64,000 bases of DNA. It comes from Heteronotia binoei (Eukaryota). The stretch spans positions 143,282,001 to 143,346,000 of the forward strand of contig NC_083223.1 of NCBI RefSeq assembly GCF_032191835.1, given 5' to 3'. Both the position numbers and the translations under genes were made by a program. Shown one piece after another: positions 60,161 through 64,000 of this stretch. The notes under the pieces are model-generated. The model was not told the origin of the DNA. It made no database searches and saw nothing but the letters and a program-made list of their open reading frames with translations. Numbering within the stretch: position 1 is the stretch's first letter; every line of letters begins with the position of its first letter.

Positions 60161-61712
60161 CGATGAACCACGCTGTCAGCTTCAGGTGAGGCACGTTGTG
60201 ATGGAATACATGACTGTCCTGAGCCAACATAAGGTCTGGTTCCACTGGAAACTGGTAGAAGACCCCCCTCGCCAGTTGAAGCAAGATCGGGAACCAGTTC
60301 TGCCAAGGCCACCACGGTGCCACCAGGATGCAGCATGGCCTCTCTCTTGCGATTTTGTTGACAATCCTTGTCGGCAGTGGCAGAGGTGGGAACAGATATA
60401 GGAACCGACCTTCCCATGGGAACAACAGACCGTCTCCCAACGACTCTGGATCCGTGCCCCCTCTGGAGCAAAACAGAGGACACTTCTGGTTTCTGGCTGT
60501 GGCAAACACATCCACCTGGGGGTACCCCCAGAGCTGAAACACAGGTTGAAGGAAGCGCCACTGTATCTCCCACTTGTGCAGGGAAGCTGCCCCCCTGCTC
60601 AACAAGTCCGCCTGCATATTGAGCACCCCTGGGAGGTGCACAGCCTCCACGAAGATGTTGTGCTCCAGGCACTCCGACCACAGATCCAGTGCTAACACAC
60701 ATAGCCGTTGAGAAACTGTCCTGCCCTGCCTGTTTATGTAGCACAGGGCAGTAGTATTGTCTGTTAACAAGGCAACAACCTTCCCTGCCACCAAGGGATG
60801 GAAAGACCGAAAGGCAAAATGGACTGCCAGCAGTTCCAGGTAATTTTATGACAGTGAGTCAATGGAGGAGGCCAAGGGCCCCCCACACAGAGGGAGTCCA
60901 TGTGAGCACCCCATCCCCAAAAAGACGCATCCGTGGTGATCGTCACTGTTGTTGCAGGTAGGTGGAAGGGAGCTCCCTGACAAATGTTGTCCTTTGATTT
61001 CCACCACTGCAGTGTTCAGAGTGTCACAGGTGGAATTACAAACCTCTTCCGAGTTAAATCTCTTAAGGATCGAAACTGTCGAAGAAACCACAGTTGCAGG
61101 CCTCTCATCCTTAATTTCGCAAACAGCAGCATGCTTGTGGTGACCGCCATCAGCCCCAGCATCTGCTGCAGCTGTTGCGCCATGCCCCACTTCTAACTCT
61201 GCAAAAGATTGACAAGATTGATGATATCCATCGCTCTTTGCTGAGGCAGAAAGGCGTGGTGAAGGTTCGTATCCAGCAAAGTCCCTATGAACTGAACTGT
61301 CCGTGATGGAGTAAGATGTGACTTTTCCAAGTTGACCTGCAGACCTAGGATGTGAAGAAGATGAAGAGTGGTGGTAATATGGCTGGATAAACTCTCTTTC
61401 AACTCCGCCACAAGGAGCCAATCGTCGATGTATGGAAAGACAACTATCCCTTGAAGCCGGAGATGAGCAGCCACAACACTCATCATTTTGGTGAACATCC
61501 GAGGTGCAGTGGACAGACCGAACGGAAGGGCTTTGAACTGGAAATGGTGGGAACTTACTGCAAACTGAAGGAAACGCCTAAACGCAGGATGGATGCTGAC
61601 ATGGAAGTAGGCATCCTTGAGGTCCAGCGTTGCCATCCAGTCCCCTTGGTTGATGAGGGGAATAATTGTTTGCAGAGTGGACATTCTGAACTTCTGGTAC
61701 AGAATAAACTGG
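60120..61712 (-). pseudogene. DIRS RT-RNase H-adenine methyltransferase-like ORF, disrupted
   Basis: LDLKDAYFH, ALPFGLSTAPR, YIDD; TTDASFWGWG, TDNTTA; PQVDVFAT, YLFPP. Confidence 0.9.
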
Positions 61713-63500
61713 CGTAGGAAGAAGGCCACTGCCGCTGATCCCACGGTGGAAGTGGTGGGAAATGACGAGCTACGGTGGTTGGTTCGAGCTCTCTTCGTCC
61801 CCTCGCCTGATCCAGCGATGCCGACGGCTCAATCGGTACCGAAACTTAAACCTCTGAGACAGAGCCACTATCACTCAGACGACAAGATCCCAATGAGTGG
61901 GAACATTGGGTCAAGTCGATCTCGTGCTCCGATGCCGACAAACGCAACTGCTGCGAAGCACTGCCTCTCGACACCGAAGGGCTCCGATGCAGAGATGCCA
62001 AAATCTTCTTAGGCGGAGTGGCCTGCGTCGATGCCGAAGCATCTTGAGAAGGGAAAGGAGTGTGGGGCAATCTTTTCCTCCGCTTCTCCTTGGATTTTGC
62101 CTTTTTCGGTAGGGAAGATCGGGTCCCCGAGTCATCCCGACACTTCTTAGCCGGGGTATCCACTGACCCTTCAGAGGGCCGTTTTGTGGAACGCCCTTGC
62201 TCGACTGGCATATCGGCCCAAATCGGCAATGTCTCAACCGATGTGACCGTCGGGACTGCGGCTTCTCCCATCGGTATCGATGGGCCCAATGCCATCTTCT
62301 AAGGACAAAGTGCCGATTCCACCAACGCAGCCGACAGTCTCGCTTGCTAGCAGCCATCTCAGTGGTCCTTTTTGCTTTCCTAATCAAATGGTTGTTCTGG
62401 GGTAGCACTTCCAGGGTTTTGGCCAAAGAAAACTAATTTTGGGGTGGGATTTCCCCCACTGATCAGCTCACTGGCGGTAGGGAAGCCCTCCCTAAATCGG
62501 GGGATCCCAACAGTAAGAGTGCAAGAGAAAAGCCCCAGGCTCTCACAGAACATATTCCCATGAGCAAGAGGACCATTAGGACAGCAGTCTGAACCTTTTT
62601 GGTATGGTGACCCACATCCAAATTTACTTGGTATGGTGATTCATCCAGGTCTGGCCCAAAGCTTTTTGCACCCTGGGCAAACTAGGACCTTGGCACCCAT
62701 CTAGTTCAGCATTCAATTTTCTACAGTGGCTAACCAGATGTTTCTAAGAAACTAACAAACACTGCACAAAGGGTGAAACTGCCCCCAGTATAAACCCCTA
62801 GCAAATGGCATTCTGACATACACACTTTTTCTGACCACCCTCTCCTTCTCCATTAGTCCCTGTAATCCCACACAAAAGTCTAAAAATTCATTCCAGTAAC
62901 CATCAGGACATGTTTTACTTGATTAACATTTACATGCATGGGGGGGCAATTAATGTATAACATACAAATTACTGTTTCCAGAGTAAGATCTTGGTTTCCA
63001 AAATACAAAAAAGAATAATGGAAAGGGCAGGTGTGGCCATTAGGGAGGGCTGGCCCATTACCCACTTTTAGAGACTTCATGACCCATGTTTGGGTCCCAG
63101 CCTATAGATTAGGAAACATTGCTTTAGTAGATCCTGACCCATTCTGCAGTAGCAGTTGCTCCACCCCTGGGCTTCTCCTTTCCTCAGATCAAGAGATCTA
63201 TTCCCCACCAGTTGCTGTGTGGCTGCATTTTGGCTCATGGCTCCCTCCAGTTCCCCCCCATGTCTTCCTGATCTTTTTTTTTTTTTTTTAGAGATTGGGA
63301 AGACATGGGGAGAACTGGAGGGAGCTGCAAGTCAAAATGTGGCTGCACAGCTACTGGTGGGGGAATCAATCATTTGATCCTGGGAAAGCAGAAGCCTGAG
63401 GGCAGAGCAACTGCTACTGCAGAATGGGTCCCTGAAAACATACAGTGCCCCCACTATGAAAATATAGTACAAATAAAGTCTTCTGAATTAAGTAAATTAT

Positions 63501-63765
63501 AACCTTTTTCGCACACAGCTTACCTCGCAGTCACAATCCTGTTCCCTCCGCAGTGTCTGTCGGATTTCCCAGCATCTACGCCGGAGTTACAGGAAGTGCC
63601 GCAGCTTTTGCGTAGCAAAAGTAAACTGGGTTTTAGTGGTTTATGTTTGCTACGCAAAAGCTGTGGCACTTCCTGTAACTTCGGCACAGATGGTGGGAAA
63701 TCTGACCAGACGCTGCGGAGGGAACAGGATTGTGACTGCGAGGTGAGCTGTGTGCGAAAACGGTC
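63501..63765. mobile_element. Palindromic MITE, PIF/Harbinger-like
   Basis: Self-complementary (ttttcgcacacagct...agctgtgtgcgaaaa); 3-bp tat on both flanks; related to 7159-7422. Confidence 0.75.
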
Positions 63766-64000
63766 TATATCTATTACCATGGAACACATTTCTTTACACT
63801 GAAGTGAAAGGAAACAGCTTATTTGCATTGAATTCTGTGCAGCTTAAAAGGGCTGTGCCAGTATCTCACTGAGGCACACACATTTTCCATTTCTTCTCCA
63901 TTTTCAATGCATAAACCAAGAAACTCAGCATCAATGGGAATATGACTACATAATCTAGATTGTCCTACTCACAAATACAAGAATGCAAAGGACAACTTAA

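Larger units (their letters stand above)
58749..62430 (-). mobile_element. DIRS1-type tyrosine-recombinase retrotransposon, 5'-truncated and internally deleted
   Basis: gag-like segment, RT, RNase H, methyltransferase-like domain, YR. The ICR at 59005-59059 is complementary to the terminus at 58749-58803 (53/55). Confidence 0.93.

Noticed and set aside
59485-60744. 419-aa ORF as one protein
   Set aside because: Only the part from about 60160 downward is recombinase. The rest is the alternate frame over the RNase H/methyltransferase region, the normal DIRS overlap.
1-64000. CRISPR arrays, operons, functional rRNA/tRNA genes, identifiable host exons
   Set aside because: None seen. The tRNA-like and 5S-like segments are SINE-derived, and the remaining short ORFs are antisense or off-frame readings of repeats.

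Overview
Vertebrate genomic DNA, most likely a squamate and probably a gecko. That is inferred from Sauria-type SINEs, young L2 and CR1 LINEs, and abundant hAT MITEs. I recognised no host protein-coding gene and no prokaryote-type features; the window is almost entirely transposable elements, several nested. Main elements: (1) a CR1 fragment (1-1230, minus) split by a 396-bp solo LTR. (2) An old full-length L1 (10215-22830, minus, 16-bp TSD) with an atypical ORF1, interrupted in its endonuclease region by a hAT MITE and by (3) a young, fully open L1 (13971-20658, plus; ORF1 331 aa, 1453-bp spacer, ORF2 1293 aa). (4) A 1.5-kb ORF1-only, HAL1-like element with a 16-bp TSD (26361-27867, minus). 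(5) A full-length class I ERV (41830-52124, minus; 441-bp LTRs about 7% diverged, CTCT TSD, tRNA-Gly-like PBS, ERV3/HERV-I-type env) with a young L2 inserted in pol. (6) A Tc1 DD34E remnant. (7) An internally deleted DIRS1-type retrotransposon (58749-62430, minus). The most interesting signals are the atypical L1 ORF1, a PIP-box-like motif at the N-terminus of all three L1-type ORF1s, the ORF1-only element, the intact L1 with its long spacer, a CpG-rich multi-hairpin cassette, and a minus-strand bias among the large insertions. All coordinates and counts are manual and were not checked by alignment software.
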